Assembly (NCBI GenBank): GCA_030591685.1
Contig: JAUVAX010000006.1
Span: 1 to 64,000 of the forward strand
Reading direction: 5' to 3'
Source of the DNA: Pseudobdellovibrionaceae bacterium
GTDB lineage: Bacteria > Bdellovibrionota > Bdellovibrionia > Bdellovibrionales > UBA1609
Length of the DNA stretch: 64,000 nucleotides
Within the stretch, counting starts at the first letter, position 1, and every line of letters starts with the position of its first letter. The notes beneath the pieces are model-generated. The model was not told the origin of the DNA and did not search any database. It worked only from the letters and a program-made list of their open reading frames with translations. The translations under genes were made by a program, and so were the position numbers. Of this stretch, positions 8,904 to 19,607 are shown in pieces.

Positions 8904-10067
8904 ATGAAAAACAAACTAATACCTCTTTTTTTATGTTTAGCGACGTTTGCTTGTCAGGCGCCCACTCAGCAGGCGATCAACGTCAACAATGAGTGGTCAC
9001 AAAAAATGCGAGAAATGGCGACAAGCGTAAATGCTTTATTGCCCTACGTATATGATAAAGCAAAGTTTGAAAACAAAGAAAATTTACCCTTAGTGGCCTC
9101 TTATATCCGAATTTTTGAAAAAAACGTGCGTAATTTACCTATTGAAAAGGGTAAAAAGAGCCTCGGTGCGGATCCATTAATGCGGTTCTCCCTTAAGAGG
9201 TTAAAGGGGGACTTAAGCGCCGCCTCCGAAGGGTACAGTGCTCGTCAGTTTGACTACTCAAGATCGGTGTTAAAATCAACAATCAACCACTGTTTTAACT
9301 GTCACACTAGAAACGACAAAGGTGTTAAATATTCTTTTTGGAACATGAACGTTAGAGACTTAGACATCCCTATAAATGAAAAGGCCGAGCTATTTATAGC
9401 AACTAGGCAATATGAGAAGGCCGCAATGCTCTTAAAGCAAGGTCTTAAGTCACAGTTAGACTCATATTATAAAACACCCTATTTAAGAGAAAAAACAATT
9501 AAGCAGTTATTGATTGTGCTTGTGCGTGCTGAGAACGACCCACAAAAAGCACTTGTGGACTTAGACGAGGTACTTAAGAGTCATGAAGTGCCCGCCTACC
9601 TAATGCAATATGTTGAGACCTGGAAAACGTCATTAAAGTATTGGGCTAAAAACAAAAAAGACACCCGTGGGTTTCGACCAAATATGGCCCGAGTTTTAAG
9701 GTTAAACGCAAGGGCTCAAAAAATTGTTAAAACTCAGCCTGTAGACGCCGCCTTTGTAGAGTATTTGCAAATGTCCTCTCGGCTTCACAAAATGCTCATT
9801 GATGTAAAAAGTGACTCACAAAAACAGAAAGTTTTTTATTACTTAGGCTTGAGTTATCAGGCATTAAAGGATTCTGGATTTTGGGAGCTCCCTGAGGTTT
9901 ATTTTGAAGCCTGTGTCAGAGCCAAAAAGAAAACCAAACTATCAAAAAGCTGCTTTCAACAGTATAAGGCCGAGTTGCTAATGGGCTTTACAGGGAGCGC
10001 GGGGACTTTTTTACCTAGTCCAGAACGAAAAAAATTGAATGAATTAAAAAAGATTTCAGGATTTTAA
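8904..10067 (+). CDS. Monoheme cytochrome c lipoprotein with a helical (TPR-like) C-terminal region
   Basis: Lipobox LATFA-C; single CxxCH (CFNCH) about 110 aa after the lipidated Cys; helical repeat-like tail (FYYLGLSYQAL, YFEACVR). Confidence 0.7.
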   Translation: MKNKLIPLFLCLATFACQAPTQQAINVNNEWSQKMREMATSVNALLPYVYDKAKFENKENLPLVASYIRIFEKNVRNLPIEKGKKSLGADPLMRFSLKRLKGDLSAASEGYSARQFDYSRSVLKSTINHCFNCHTRNDKGVKYSFWNMNVRDLDIPINEKAELFIATRQYEKAAMLLKQGLKSQLDSYYKTPYLREKTIKQLLIVLVRAENDPQKALVDLDEVLKSHEVPAYLMQYVETWKTSLKYWAKNKKDTRGFRPNMARVLRLNARAQKIVKTQPVDAAFVEYLQMSSRLHKMLIDVKSDSQKQKVFYYLGLSYQALKDSGFWELPEVYFEACVRAKKKTKLSKSCFQQYKAELLMGFTGSAGTFLPSPERKKLNELKKISGF

Positions 10068-10082
10068 TAAAAGGAGTACAAG

Positions 10083-11018
10083 ATGAGTCAGAAAAAAATA
10101 ATTTGGGCCTTTGACCCTTACACCGATATTGTAGAAACATGGAAGCGAGCCCAAGAGGCCATTAATTTACTCAATGTCGATGGTGACTTTGAGGTTGAGC
10201 CTGTTTATGTCATTGGCTCAGATCTTTTAAGATGGGTGGGGAACGTAACTCCTCCTCAACTCAGTCATATAAAGCCCTTTGTTGAAAAGACTCTGTCTGA
10301 TCGGTTAAAGGATATTAAAATAAAAAACATGAAGGCTCCTGAAATTATAGAAACAACAAATACATCAAGGCGTGAGGATGTGAGTAGTTTTATAAACTAT
10401 ATTAACTCCGTCAAGCCAGAGCTCTTAGTGATAAACACTCATGCCAGATCAGGCATCTCTAGGCTTTTTATGGGTAGTTTTGCTGAAAATGTTCTTTTGC
10501 ACTGTACAACCCCGACCTTATTTGTAAACCCAAATAATGAGACGGTTGAAAAAATGGACAACGTCTTGTTTCCGACAGATTTTTCAGAACATTCTTTAAA
10601 AGTGTACAAATCGTTTATTAACACTTACTCAGGTACTGTTAAAAAAGTTTTAATTATGAGCAAGGTTTTAAGACCTCTCAATGCTTTTGCCGATGCTGGG
10701 GTCAGTGCTCTTGGCGGAGCCTGGGTTGCCCCTGAACAGTTCATTAATCAAGAAAAAGACGACCGTACAGAAGATGGAAAAAAATGGATCGAGTTAGCCA
10801 AAGCTAAGGGCATAGAAGCTGAGTTTATCGTAGATGATAGCCTTGGTAACGTAGTGGATTCAATCAATGAACTGCAACAGCAAAAAAATGTAGATTTTAT
10901 TGCCATGAGTTCGGAGTCGGGCCCCATTGAGTCCATCGTTATCGGGAGCATTGCTAGAAGTGTCATTAGAGAGGTTTCGAAACCTGTTCTTATTTGTCAC
11001 GGGTTTGATAAAAAGTAA
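10083..11018 (+). CDS. Tandem universal stress protein (USP)
   Basis: Two USP domains: THARSGISRLFMGSFAENVL and LFPTDFS..IGSIARSVIREVSKPVL. Confidence 0.9.
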   Translation: MSQKKIIWAFDPYTDIVETWKRAQEAINLLNVDGDFEVEPVYVIGSDLLRWVGNVTPPQLSHIKPFVEKTLSDRLKDIKIKNMKAPEIIETTNTSRREDVSSFINYINSVKPELLVINTHARSGISRLFMGSFAENVLLHCTTPTLFVNPNNETVEKMDNVLFPTDFSEHSLKVYKSFINTYSGTVKKVLIMSKVLRPLNAFADAGVSALGGAWVAPEQFINQEKDDRTEDGKKWIELAKAKGIEAEFIVDDSLGNVVDSINELQQQKNVDFIAMSSESGPIESIVIGSIARSVIREVSKPVLICHGFDKK

Positions 11019-11067
11019 GTTCACTAAAAAAGAGCAATAGCTTTAATCAGGTTTTGGTATTCAAAAA

Positions 11068-11469
11068 TTAAAGAGAGCTTTTACTAAACTGCAGAGGTAA
11101 AAGCTCTTTAAATTTAACGGTTTTTTGGATGCCTGAAGGGTTCGCAATGTGCACTACGGTGTCGTCGGTTGAAAACTCACAAATAAACTGTAAGCAAATT
11201 CCGCAGGGGCCTTGAGCCGGCTCAGTATCTGTGACAACAACAATATATTCGAGCTCCCTTTGATCAGACTCACTGACCGCTTTTGTGATGGCCGTGCGCT
11301 CAGCGCAAATAGTGCCCCCGAAACTAGCGTTTTCAACGTTGCACCCAGAAAAAACAGAATCATTATTTTTAAACTTAACAGCAGAGCCTACTTTAAATTT
11401 AGAGTAAGGGGCATGGGCTCTTTTTCTTGTGCTGAGGGCGACTTGAAAGGCTTGTTCAATTGTGCTCAT
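11068..11469 (-). CDS. cdd: Cytidine deaminase (homotetrameric type)
   Basis: APYSKFKVGSA, GCNVENAS, ICAERTAI, PCGICLQ zinc motifs. Confidence 0.95.
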   Translation of the reverse strand: MSTIEQAFQVALSTRKRAHAPYSKFKVGSAVKFKNNDSVFSGCNVENASFGGTICAERTAITKAVSESDQRELEYIVVVTDTEPAQGPCGICLQFICEFSTDDTVVHIANPSGIQKTVKFKELLPLQFSKSSL

Positions 11470-11479
11470 TCGGTGGTCC

Positions 11480-12793
<1,314 letters not shown>

Positions 12794-12946
12794 TTAAAAA
12801 AGGATATTACGTTTATGAGGGGGGTAAGCCAAGTTTTTTAAATCTTATTTTACGGCCCTTTGCCCCACAGCAGCTGACTTCCTGTGTAAATTATGATTTT
12901 TTAAAACGGGCTCGCTTAAGAGCAATACTCTGCAAAAAAGAGGGGG

Positions 12947-13915
12947 TTAAAGCCACTTTGCCCACTCTGTGAGGGGGGGGAGAGCGTCTGAAACCTCTGC
13001 GTTTTCACAAAAAGTGATTAATTTTTTTGCAGCCATAACGCCAGCTCTCTTAAAAGCCTCTTCAGTGTAGGCCCCTATATGAGGGGTCAGAACTACGTTT
13101 TTAAGCCCGTAAAGAGGGCATTTTTTTGTAAGGGGCTCTTTATTAAAAACATCCAGTGCCGCCCCTTTAAGTGAGTGGGTTTTGAGTGCATGCGAGAGGG
13201 CTGGCTCGTTAATGACCCTTCCTCGAGAGGTGTTGATGAGGTAAGTTTCATCCCCAAGCCCACTCAGGGTTTTTTCGTTTATAAACTCATGGGTTTCTTG
13301 AGTGTAGGGTACGTGCAAACTTATGATATCACTTGAGCGTAAAAGCTCTATTAAACCGACTCTCTGAATTTGGTTATTTTTAAAAATAGAGTCGTCTATA
13401 TAAGGGTCATAGGCCGAAACATTTAGGCCTAAAAAAGTGGCTGTTTTAGCCACTTGAGAGCCAATGCGACCGAGCCCGATAAGCCCTAAGGTTTTACCTC
13501 TTAGTTCAAAGGCTTTAGGTAGTTGATTTTTCCACTTATAGTCGGCAATGATTTTAGAGCTGGCCGGTAGGTTACGAACTAAAGAAAACATCAACCCAAA
13601 GGTTAACTCAACAACACTATTAACATTGGCTTCGGGGGTGTACATAACTTTGATGTTTCTTTTTTGTGTTTCTTTTAAATCAATATGGTCAAATCCGCTG
13701 GTGGCAGAGATGATAACTTGTAGGTCTGGGGCTTGATCAAGAAGCTCCTTATTTATAAGTGTTCGGCTTCTAATAAGAAGGTATGAAGTTTTAAGTAATG
13801 TGTCTCTTTCAGGCCGAAAACTTGGGGAGCGTACAATTTTTAATTCAGGTCGGGCAGACTTAATGAGCTCAATGGCCACTGGGGTAAAGTCGTCAGTAAC
13901 AGTACAGGTAGACAT
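12947..13915 (-). CDS. serA: D-3-phosphoglycerate dehydrogenase-like 2-hydroxyacid dehydrogenase, no ACT domain
   Basis: GFDHIDL, GLGRIG, SLHVP, NTSRG, LDVFNKEP, TPHIGA; adjacent to a class V aminotransferase. Confidence 0.75.
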   Translation of the reverse strand: MSTCTVTDDFTPVAIELIKSARPELKIVRSPSFRPERDTLLKTSYLLIRSRTLINKELLDQAPDLQVIISATSGFDHIDLKETQKRNIKVMYTPEANVNSVVELTFGLMFSLVRNLPASSKIIADYKWKNQLPKAFELRGKTLGLIGLGRIGSQVAKTATFLGLNVSAYDPYIDDSIFKNNQIQRVGLIELLRSSDIISLHVPYTQETHEFINEKTLSGLGDETYLINTSRGRVINEPALSHALKTHSLKGAALDVFNKEPLTKKCPLYGLKNVVLTPHIGAYTEEAFKRAGVMAAKKLITFCENAEVSDALPPLTEWAKWL

Positions 13916-15076
13916 TTATTGACCGTTTAAAATATTTGTGGCGAGTTCAAGGCTTTGGCTGAGCGTTTCATCTGAAACATCAAAGCCACAATCTATTAAG
14001 CTTTTTGCTAAAAAATAAAGAGTTGCAAGTACATCATTGTTGCTAATCGCTCCCATGTGCCCAATGCGTATAATCTTACCCTTGAGTTGATCCTGACCCC
14101 CCATTACGGTCACAAGATACTTATTTAATAAATGTTTTTGTAACTCGTGAGCTTTAATCTCACCAGGGGGCAGCAGCGCTGTAACGGCTGGTGCGGGGGC
14201 TTTTGACAGAAGGGTAAACCCAAGTTTTTTTGAAGCCTCAATGGTGGCTTGTTGTAACCTCTGTGTGTGTTTTATTTGTTGAGCCAGTCCCTCGTGAGCC
14301 CAGCCCTCTAGAATACCTTTTAAGGCTTTAATTAGAGGAACATTGGAGCTAAAAAATGTCTGCCCCTTTAGGTTTGAATCTCGCTCTTGAGCTATGTTTA
14401 AGTAAAATTTTGGTAAATTAGATTGAGCTTGGGCCTTCCACGCTTTTTCAGAAAGAGCAATAAAGCTTAAACCCGTGGGCAGCATAAAGGCTTTTTGAGA
14501 GCCTGCAACAACAACATCAAGCCCCCAGGCATCCATATCAAGCTCGGTAGTGGCAAGAGCTGTTATTGCATCAACGAGTATTAAGACGTCATGTTTTTCG
14601 GCCACCTTACTGAGTGCCTTAATGGGGTGAAGAGTTGCGGTGCTTGTTTCACAAGCTTGCGTGCAAAGTGCTTTAATATTTGGGTGAGCTTGGAGGACTA
14701 CCTCTACGGCTTCTGGTGTAGCGGGTTCCCCCCAGGGGACATCTATAGTGGTCACCTTGAGGCCGTAGGCCTGTGCTATTTGGCTCCAACGGTCGCCAAA
14801 TTTTCCAGAGCTAATAACAGCGACATGGTCCCCATGGTTTAACGTGTTTACAAGGGCCGCCTCCATGGCCCCAGAGCCGGTGGAGGAGAGCATCATAACA
14901 GGCTGCTTTGTTTTAAAAACAAGTTTTAAATTTTTAAGCGTATGATCGAGGATTTCATTAAATTCAGGGGCCCTATGGTGTATCATGGGGCTACTCAGTG
15001 AGCTGAGTACCTGCTTTGAAAGCTTAACGGGGCCGGGCGTCATAAGCCTCGGCTTAATTTCAAAATTAGGGTTCAT
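13916..15076 (-). CDS. Class V PLP aminotransferase (serine-pyruvate/alanine-glyoxylate type, probable SerC substitute)
   Basis: LMTPGP, HHRAPEF, GSGAMEAA, ETST, VDAIT, GSQKAFMLPTG (PLP Lys), RIGHMG; start set at ATG 15076. Confidence 0.9.
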   Translation of the reverse strand: MNPNFEIKPRLMTPGPVKLSKQVLSSLSSPMIHHRAPEFNEILDHTLKNLKLVFKTKQPVMMLSSTGSGAMEAALVNTLNHGDHVAVISSGKFGDRWSQIAQAYGLKVTTIDVPWGEPATPEAVEVVLQAHPNIKALCTQACETSTATLHPIKALSKVAEKHDVLILVDAITALATTELDMDAWGLDVVVAGSQKAFMLPTGLSFIALSEKAWKAQAQSNLPKFYLNIAQERDSNLKGQTFFSSNVPLIKALKGILEGWAHEGLAQQIKHTQRLQQATIEASKKLGFTLLSKAPAPAVTALLPPGEIKAHELQKHLLNKYLVTVMGGQDQLKGKIIRIGHMGAISNNDVLATLYFLAKSLIDCGFDVSDETLSQSLELATNILNGQ

Positions 15077-15232
15077 GTCAGTTTCTCTCTTTGCATCCTT
15101 ATTTATAATCCACCCGGCGGATAAAGGGAAGGGACATTCCTCTTGATAATCTGTTAGCTCAACGCTAGTGTCGTTCAAAAGTAGGTTTAGGCGTCTTAGA
15201 CTAAGGTTTAAAACTTAAATGTCCATATTTAT

Positions 15233-15814
15233 ATGTGGGGTGGCATGTTGACTCGAATATTAATGATTTTTATTTTGTTACTTCAAGGCTGTAGTTATAA
15301 ATGGGGTATTTCTAAAAGGTTTTTGCCGCAAGGGTATAGGCAACTGGCGATACCTGTATTTAAAAATGACACCCAAGAAACGGGCATAGAAGTCTTTTTA
15401 ACAAACGCTTTGATTCGTCAGTTTTCCTTATCAAAAGTGGCTAAGGTTGTCAGTAATGATGAGGCCCCCATTGTAATAGAGGGAGTGATTGAGAAGGTTA
15501 AGTATGCCTACGAATCTCAAGTGGCCGGAGGGGCAGGGACAGCATTACCTCAGATGGACGAGGACACGTTTTTAACAACTAAATACCGGATTTATGTAAC
15601 AGCACAGGTAAAGTTAAAGAGAAGGTCTGATAATAAAATTATTTGGCAGGGGCGATTTACAAAAGAGCGCGGGTATACTTCACCACAAATTGAATCCAGC
15701 ATAATTAACTCAGCCAATGCTATTTATAACCTTAGTGCCCGGAGAAAGGGCATTGCACAAATAGCAGAATCTATGATGGTCGATATTCATGACCGAATGA
15801 CGGAGAGCTTTTAA
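15233..15814 (+). CDS. lptE: LPS assembly lipoprotein LptE-like (start may be 15245)
   Basis: Lipobox LLQG-C-SY; IPVFKNDT..GIE..LTNAL; directly upstream of holA as usual. Confidence 0.8.
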   Translation: MWGGMLTRILMIFILLLQGCSYKWGISKRFLPQGYRQLAIPVFKNDTQETGIEVFLTNALIRQFSLSKVAKVVSNDEAPIVIEGVIEKVKYAYESQVAGGAGTALPQMDEDTFLTTKYRIYVTAQVKLKRRSDNKIIWQGRFTKERGYTSPQIESSIINSANAIYNLSARRKGIAQIAESMMVDIHDRMTESF

Positions 15815-15817
15815 AGT

Positions 15818-16816
15818 ATGGCGCAGGTATTAGACTTAAGACTTTTACAAGTCAATTTGAGTAAATCTAAGCCGCAGAGCTTGTATTTTGTTTTCGGAGA
15901 GGAGCTCTACCTTGTCGATGAATCTGTCAAATTATTAAAAAGCGCTGTTTTAACAGGTGGTGCTGTAGAGTTTAATTTTGACCAATACTATGCTTCTGAC
16001 TCGAAGCCCTCTCAGGTGAGAGACGCTGTAGAAATGCTACCCATGATGTGTGACAGAAGGCTTGTGATTTTAAAACAAGCCCACCTGCTAAAAGAGAAAG
16101 ACTGGGCTGAGCTGATGCCTGTTTTGCAAAACCCAACTGAGAGTTGTGTATTTATACTTGTGGCTGAAAAAGTAGATAGAAGAAAAAAATACTTTAAAAC
16201 GTTACAAAAAGCAGCCACCTTGGTTGAGCTAAAAAAACCCTATGACAATCAGGTTTTACAATGGGTTCAGTATATTGCAAATAATAATGAATTAAGTTTG
16301 GGCCGAAACGAAGCCGCCCTGATCCAACAGCTCGTCGGAAACAACCTCACTGAAATAAACAGTGAAATACAAAAGCTAAAGCAATTTGTCGGTGAAGCCT
16401 CAGGGGTTTCACAGGAGCAAATTTTAAAGGTCATCTCAAAATCTCGTGTTGATAGTATTTTTGACCTTACAGATGCCATTGGTGAAAAAAATAAAATTAA
16501 AGCCCTCTCATCACTCTCTAGTTTAATGGACAATGGTCAAAATGAAGTAGGGGCACTTATGCTTATTGCGAGACATGTGCGAATATTGTCTAAAGTAAAA
16601 GTAGAACAAAAAAAAGGGTCGTCCTCTCAACAGATGATGCAGGTAGTAGGGGTTCCCAACTTTTTTTTAAAACGTTACATAACACAAGCCAATGCCTGGA
16701 GTGAAGAGCGACTTGTGGGGGCCTTCGATCACCTTCATGAGGTGGATATTAAAATAAAGACATCAAAGGTTCCTCCCAGAGTTTGGCTTGAAAACTTTAT
16801 TTTCAAAACCTGTTAG
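15818..16816 (+). CDS. holA: DNA polymerase III delta subunit
   Basis: YFVFGEELYL, LPMMCDRRLVIL, VGNNL..EIQKL, IFDLTDAI. Confidence 0.92.
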   Translation: MAQVLDLRLLQVNLSKSKPQSLYFVFGEELYLVDESVKLLKSAVLTGGAVEFNFDQYYASDSKPSQVRDAVEMLPMMCDRRLVILKQAHLLKEKDWAELMPVLQNPTESCVFILVAEKVDRRKKYFKTLQKAATLVELKKPYDNQVLQWVQYIANNNELSLGRNEAALIQQLVGNNLTEINSEIQKLKQFVGEASGVSQEQILKVISKSRVDSIFDLTDAIGEKNKIKALSSLSSLMDNGQNEVGALMLIARHVRILSKVKVEQKKGSSSQQMMQVVGVPNFFLKRYITQANAWSEERLVGAFDHLHEVDIKIKTSKVPPRVWLENFIFKTC

Positions 16817-16943
16817 TTGGGCTTGGGTTTTAAAAAGAACATTCATTTAAAATTTTTTGTTTCAATTTAAGACTTCTCTAGACGTTGGGTGAGGACTTAT
16901 GTGTGGCATTGCTTGAGTGTGGGGCCAGGGCTAGCTGCAGGCT

Positions 16944-16969
16944 TATATAGAGCGGTCATTTGACCGATA
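16944..16969 (+). promoter_or_regulatory. Possible sigma28 (FliA) promoter
   Basis: TATA-N16-CCGATA about 20 nt upstream of the PilZ gene; -35 element imperfect. Confidence 0.4.
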
Positions 16970-16988
16970 CTTGTGTTGAGGAGAGTTT

Positions 16989-17345
16989 ATGAGCTCAAAC
17001 GCTGAAATGATAAGAAAGCGTCGAGTCCCGCGTAAGGATTTTTTTAGGAGCGTGGGGCTTTTAGTGGATGGACACTATGACATGGTTCGTGCCTATGAGA
17101 TCGCTGAATTAGGCATGCTTATTTCTACCTCAAAAAAGCTTAAGGTGGGGGCACGCCTTGTGTTGTCTTTTTATTTGCCCGGTGCTGACTTTGCAATTGT
17201 TCGAGCGGCCGTGAGGTACCTACATGAAGGGGTGTCTAAGGAGTCAGGGGAGTCGTCATATGGCCTGGAGTTTGAGGGTGCTGGTTTTGAGATGAAAAGA
17301 AAAATCAGGTTCTACGTTGCATCCACTCAGAAAGCAAATGGATGA
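16989..17345 (+). CDS. Stand-alone PilZ-domain protein
   Basis: RRVPR (RxxxR), EIAELGM (variant of D/NxSxxG), AAVRY, YGLEF. Confidence 0.8.
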   Translation: MSSNAEMIRKRRVPRKDFFRSVGLLVDGHYDMVRAYEIAELGMLISTSKKLKVGARLVLSFYLPGADFAIVRAAVRYLHEGVSKESGESSYGLEFEGAGFEMKRKIRFYVASTQKANG

Positions 17346-17346
17346 A

Positions 17347-17372
17347 AAAAACCAGCAGATCTGCTGGTTTTT
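17347..17372. terminator. Bidirectional intrinsic terminator between convergent PilZ gene and rpsT
   Basis: Perfect 26-bp palindrome AAAAACCAGCAGATCTGCTGGTTTTT. Confidence 0.85.
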
Positions 17373-17401
17373 AATAAATCTAAAAATCAATATTATAGTA
17401 A

Positions 17402-17662
17402 TTACTTAGCTTTAACTTGAGACGATAAGCGGCTAATTTTACGAGCAGCTTGGTTTTTGTGAATAATGCCCTTGCTCGCCATTTTAGCCACTTTACTTAT
17501 ATAGGCCTTTAAGAGGTCTTTAGTGGAGTCAATTTTGTTTTCAGTAATAGCAAGTCTGAGCTTTTTTTCAGCCGTTCTTACTGTGCTTTTAGTTTGGCTG
17601 TTACGAGCCGTTCTACGTAATTCTTGTCGAGCTCTTTTTGCCGCAGACTTATGATTTGCCAA
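17402..17662 (-). CDS. rpsT: 30S ribosomal protein S20 (TTG start)
   Basis: ANHKSAAKRARQ..KGIIHKNQAARKISRL; GGAGG RBS 7 nt before TTG 17662. Confidence 0.97.
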   Translation of the reverse strand: MANHKSAAKRARQELRRTARNSQTKSTVRTAEKKLRLAITENKIDSTKDLLKAYISKVAKMASKGIIHKNQAARKISRLSSQVKAK

Positions 17663-17775
17663 CCTGAATCCTCCAGTGTTTAATAAAAATACTACATATA
17701 GGTCAAATAAAGTAGTTAGGTAACACACACATATGGCCTTTGCAAGACCATTATAACAGGAGCTATATCTTTTAC

Positions 17776-19353
17776 ATGGCAGAGTTAAGTGAAAAATCTA
17801 AAGAAAATCATGTAGTTATACGCGGAGCCCTCGCCATGTCGATGGGCACTATGGTGAGCCGTGTACTGGGTTTTATAAGGGATTTGGCCCTTGCAGCTCT
17901 TTTTAGCCGAACAATCACCGATGCTTTTGTTGTGGCTTTTCGCATGCCTAATTTGTTTCGGAGGCTTTTGGGAGAGGGTTCATTGTCTGTGAGCTTTATC
18001 CCTATTTACGTGGAAACTCGTGAAAAGCAAGGGCCCGCTCAGGCCGATTTACTGGCCTCTTTTATTTGGAAGGTGTTGCTGTTATTTGCTTCGACGTTGT
18101 CTGTTTTAGGTATTGTATTTATGGAGCCCATTATAAAAATCGTCGTCAGTGGGGGGGGCTATTTAAGTATTTCAGGTAAACTTGAAACAACCGTATTGAT
18201 GGCAAGGGTGATGTTTTCTTATTTGTTTTTGGTCACAAATTACGGGTTCTTAATGGCGATTTGCCAATCTAGTCGAAAGTTTTTTGTTTCGGCTTTGGCG
18301 CCGGCACTTTTTAATTTAACGTTAATCATTTTTATGTTTTTACCTTCAACTTGGTTTGGCTTTACGGGGGCTAATTTAAGTTGGGGGGTGCTGGTGGGTG
18401 GGCTCATGCAGCTTTTAGTTGTTGTGGCTCAGCTTTACGCATTAAAATTGCTTCCAAAGTTAAGGTGGAGGGGTTGGAGCCCTGGCGCTACAAAAGTATT
18501 TATAAATATGATCCCTGGGGTTATTGGCCTGGGTGTATTGCAGATCATGGCTTTAATTAATGTAAATTTCGCGTCGAGGCTTTCTGAAGGTAGCCATTCA
18601 TTTATTTATTTTGCAGACCGAATACTAGAGCTCCCCCAATCGCTCATAGCCATCAGCATGGGCGCAGCACTTTTACCGGCTCTCTCAAGCCTTTGCGCTA
18701 AAGGTCAGCAAAAAGAAGCCACGAGTGAACTATTTAGACATATAAAATTAATACTTTTTTTATCTGTACCCTCAGCCGTAGGGATGTACGCATTAGGGCT
18801 GCCCATCGTCGAGACATTATTTAAACGGGGAGCTTTTAGTTATGAGGACGCAGTGGTTACAGCCCAGGTGGTTCAGATCTATAGTTTACTGCTTGTGGTC
18901 TCTAGTTTTATTAAAGTTTTTGTTACAGGGTTTTATGCTAAAAAAAACACGTGGTACCCGGCCTCTGTGGCTGTACTCACGTTATTGATACATGTGGTGT
19001 TAGCTCACAATTTAACTAACATTTATGGGTTGAAGGGCCTTGTGAGCGCCACAGTGGTCAGTGCAAGTTTTAATTTATGTTTACTTTTGGTCGGGTTTTA
19101 CTTTTTGGTGGATAAGTTTTCGTGGCTTAAAGTTTTATTTTTACCGTTACAGTTTGTGCCCGCATCCCTAGTTATGGGTATATTCTCTTATGCTTGTTAT
19201 GGGTTTATAATAGAGACTTTTGACCCCACCCCAATATTTAAAGCCGGTGGGTTAATGCTCACAATTATAGTTTCAATGTTGGTGTATTTTGGTTTAAGTC
19301 GAGTTTTTAGAATTAAAGAGGTAGGGCTCTTAGCGGGGGTCTTTAAAAAGTAA
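17776..19353 (+). CDS. murJ: Lipid II flippase MurJ (MviN)
   Basis: SRVLGFIRD, AFRMPNLFRRLLGEG, ADRILELP, LFKRGAF. Confidence 0.95.
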   Translation: MAELSEKSKENHVVIRGALAMSMGTMVSRVLGFIRDLALAALFSRTITDAFVVAFRMPNLFRRLLGEGSLSVSFIPIYVETREKQGPAQADLLASFIWKVLLLFASTLSVLGIVFMEPIIKIVVSGGGYLSISGKLETTVLMARVMFSYLFLVTNYGFLMAICQSSRKFFVSALAPALFNLTLIIFMFLPSTWFGFTGANLSWGVLVGGLMQLLVVVAQLYALKLLPKLRWRGWSPGATKVFINMIPGVIGLGVLQIMALINVNFASRLSEGSHSFIYFADRILELPQSLIAISMGAALLPALSSLCAKGQQKEATSELFRHIKLILFLSVPSAVGMYALGLPIVETLFKRGAFSYEDAVVTAQVVQIYSLLLVVSSFIKVFVTGFYAKKNTWYPASVAVLTLLIHVVLAHNLTNIYGLKGLVSATVVSASFNLCLLLVGFYFLVDKFSWLKVLFLPLQFVPASLVMGIFSYACYGFIIETFDPTPIFKAGGLMLTIIVSMLVYFGLSRVFRIKEVGLLAGVFKK

Positions 19354-19607
19354 ATTTAAGAGCTCGATTATAGTTAAGTTTAAAGGTTACCTTTAAGCAT
19401 TTAGGTGTATTTTTTTAAGACACGTTAAATTAACAGTTAAATTTAATCGAGAGAACTCTATGGTAGAGCCCCGTTGCTTTAGCCTTTTGAGACATAAAAG
19501 TGCCCAGGATTGAGATAACTCGCGCTTATTAAACGATTATTTAAAAAAAATAAACAGCTGTTGTATAATCTAAGTAGGTGTTTACATTTACTAGGAGCTT
19601 TAAAGTT

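Noticed and set aside
13916..15076. Class V aminotransferase as the missing GnnB
   Set aside because: GnnB belongs to the DegT/DnrJ family; this protein has serine-pyruvate aminotransferase motifs and is paired with serA
16904..16920. Sigma54 promoter upstream of the PilZ gene (TGGCATTGCTTGAG)
   Set aside because: No GC at the required GG-N10-GC spacing
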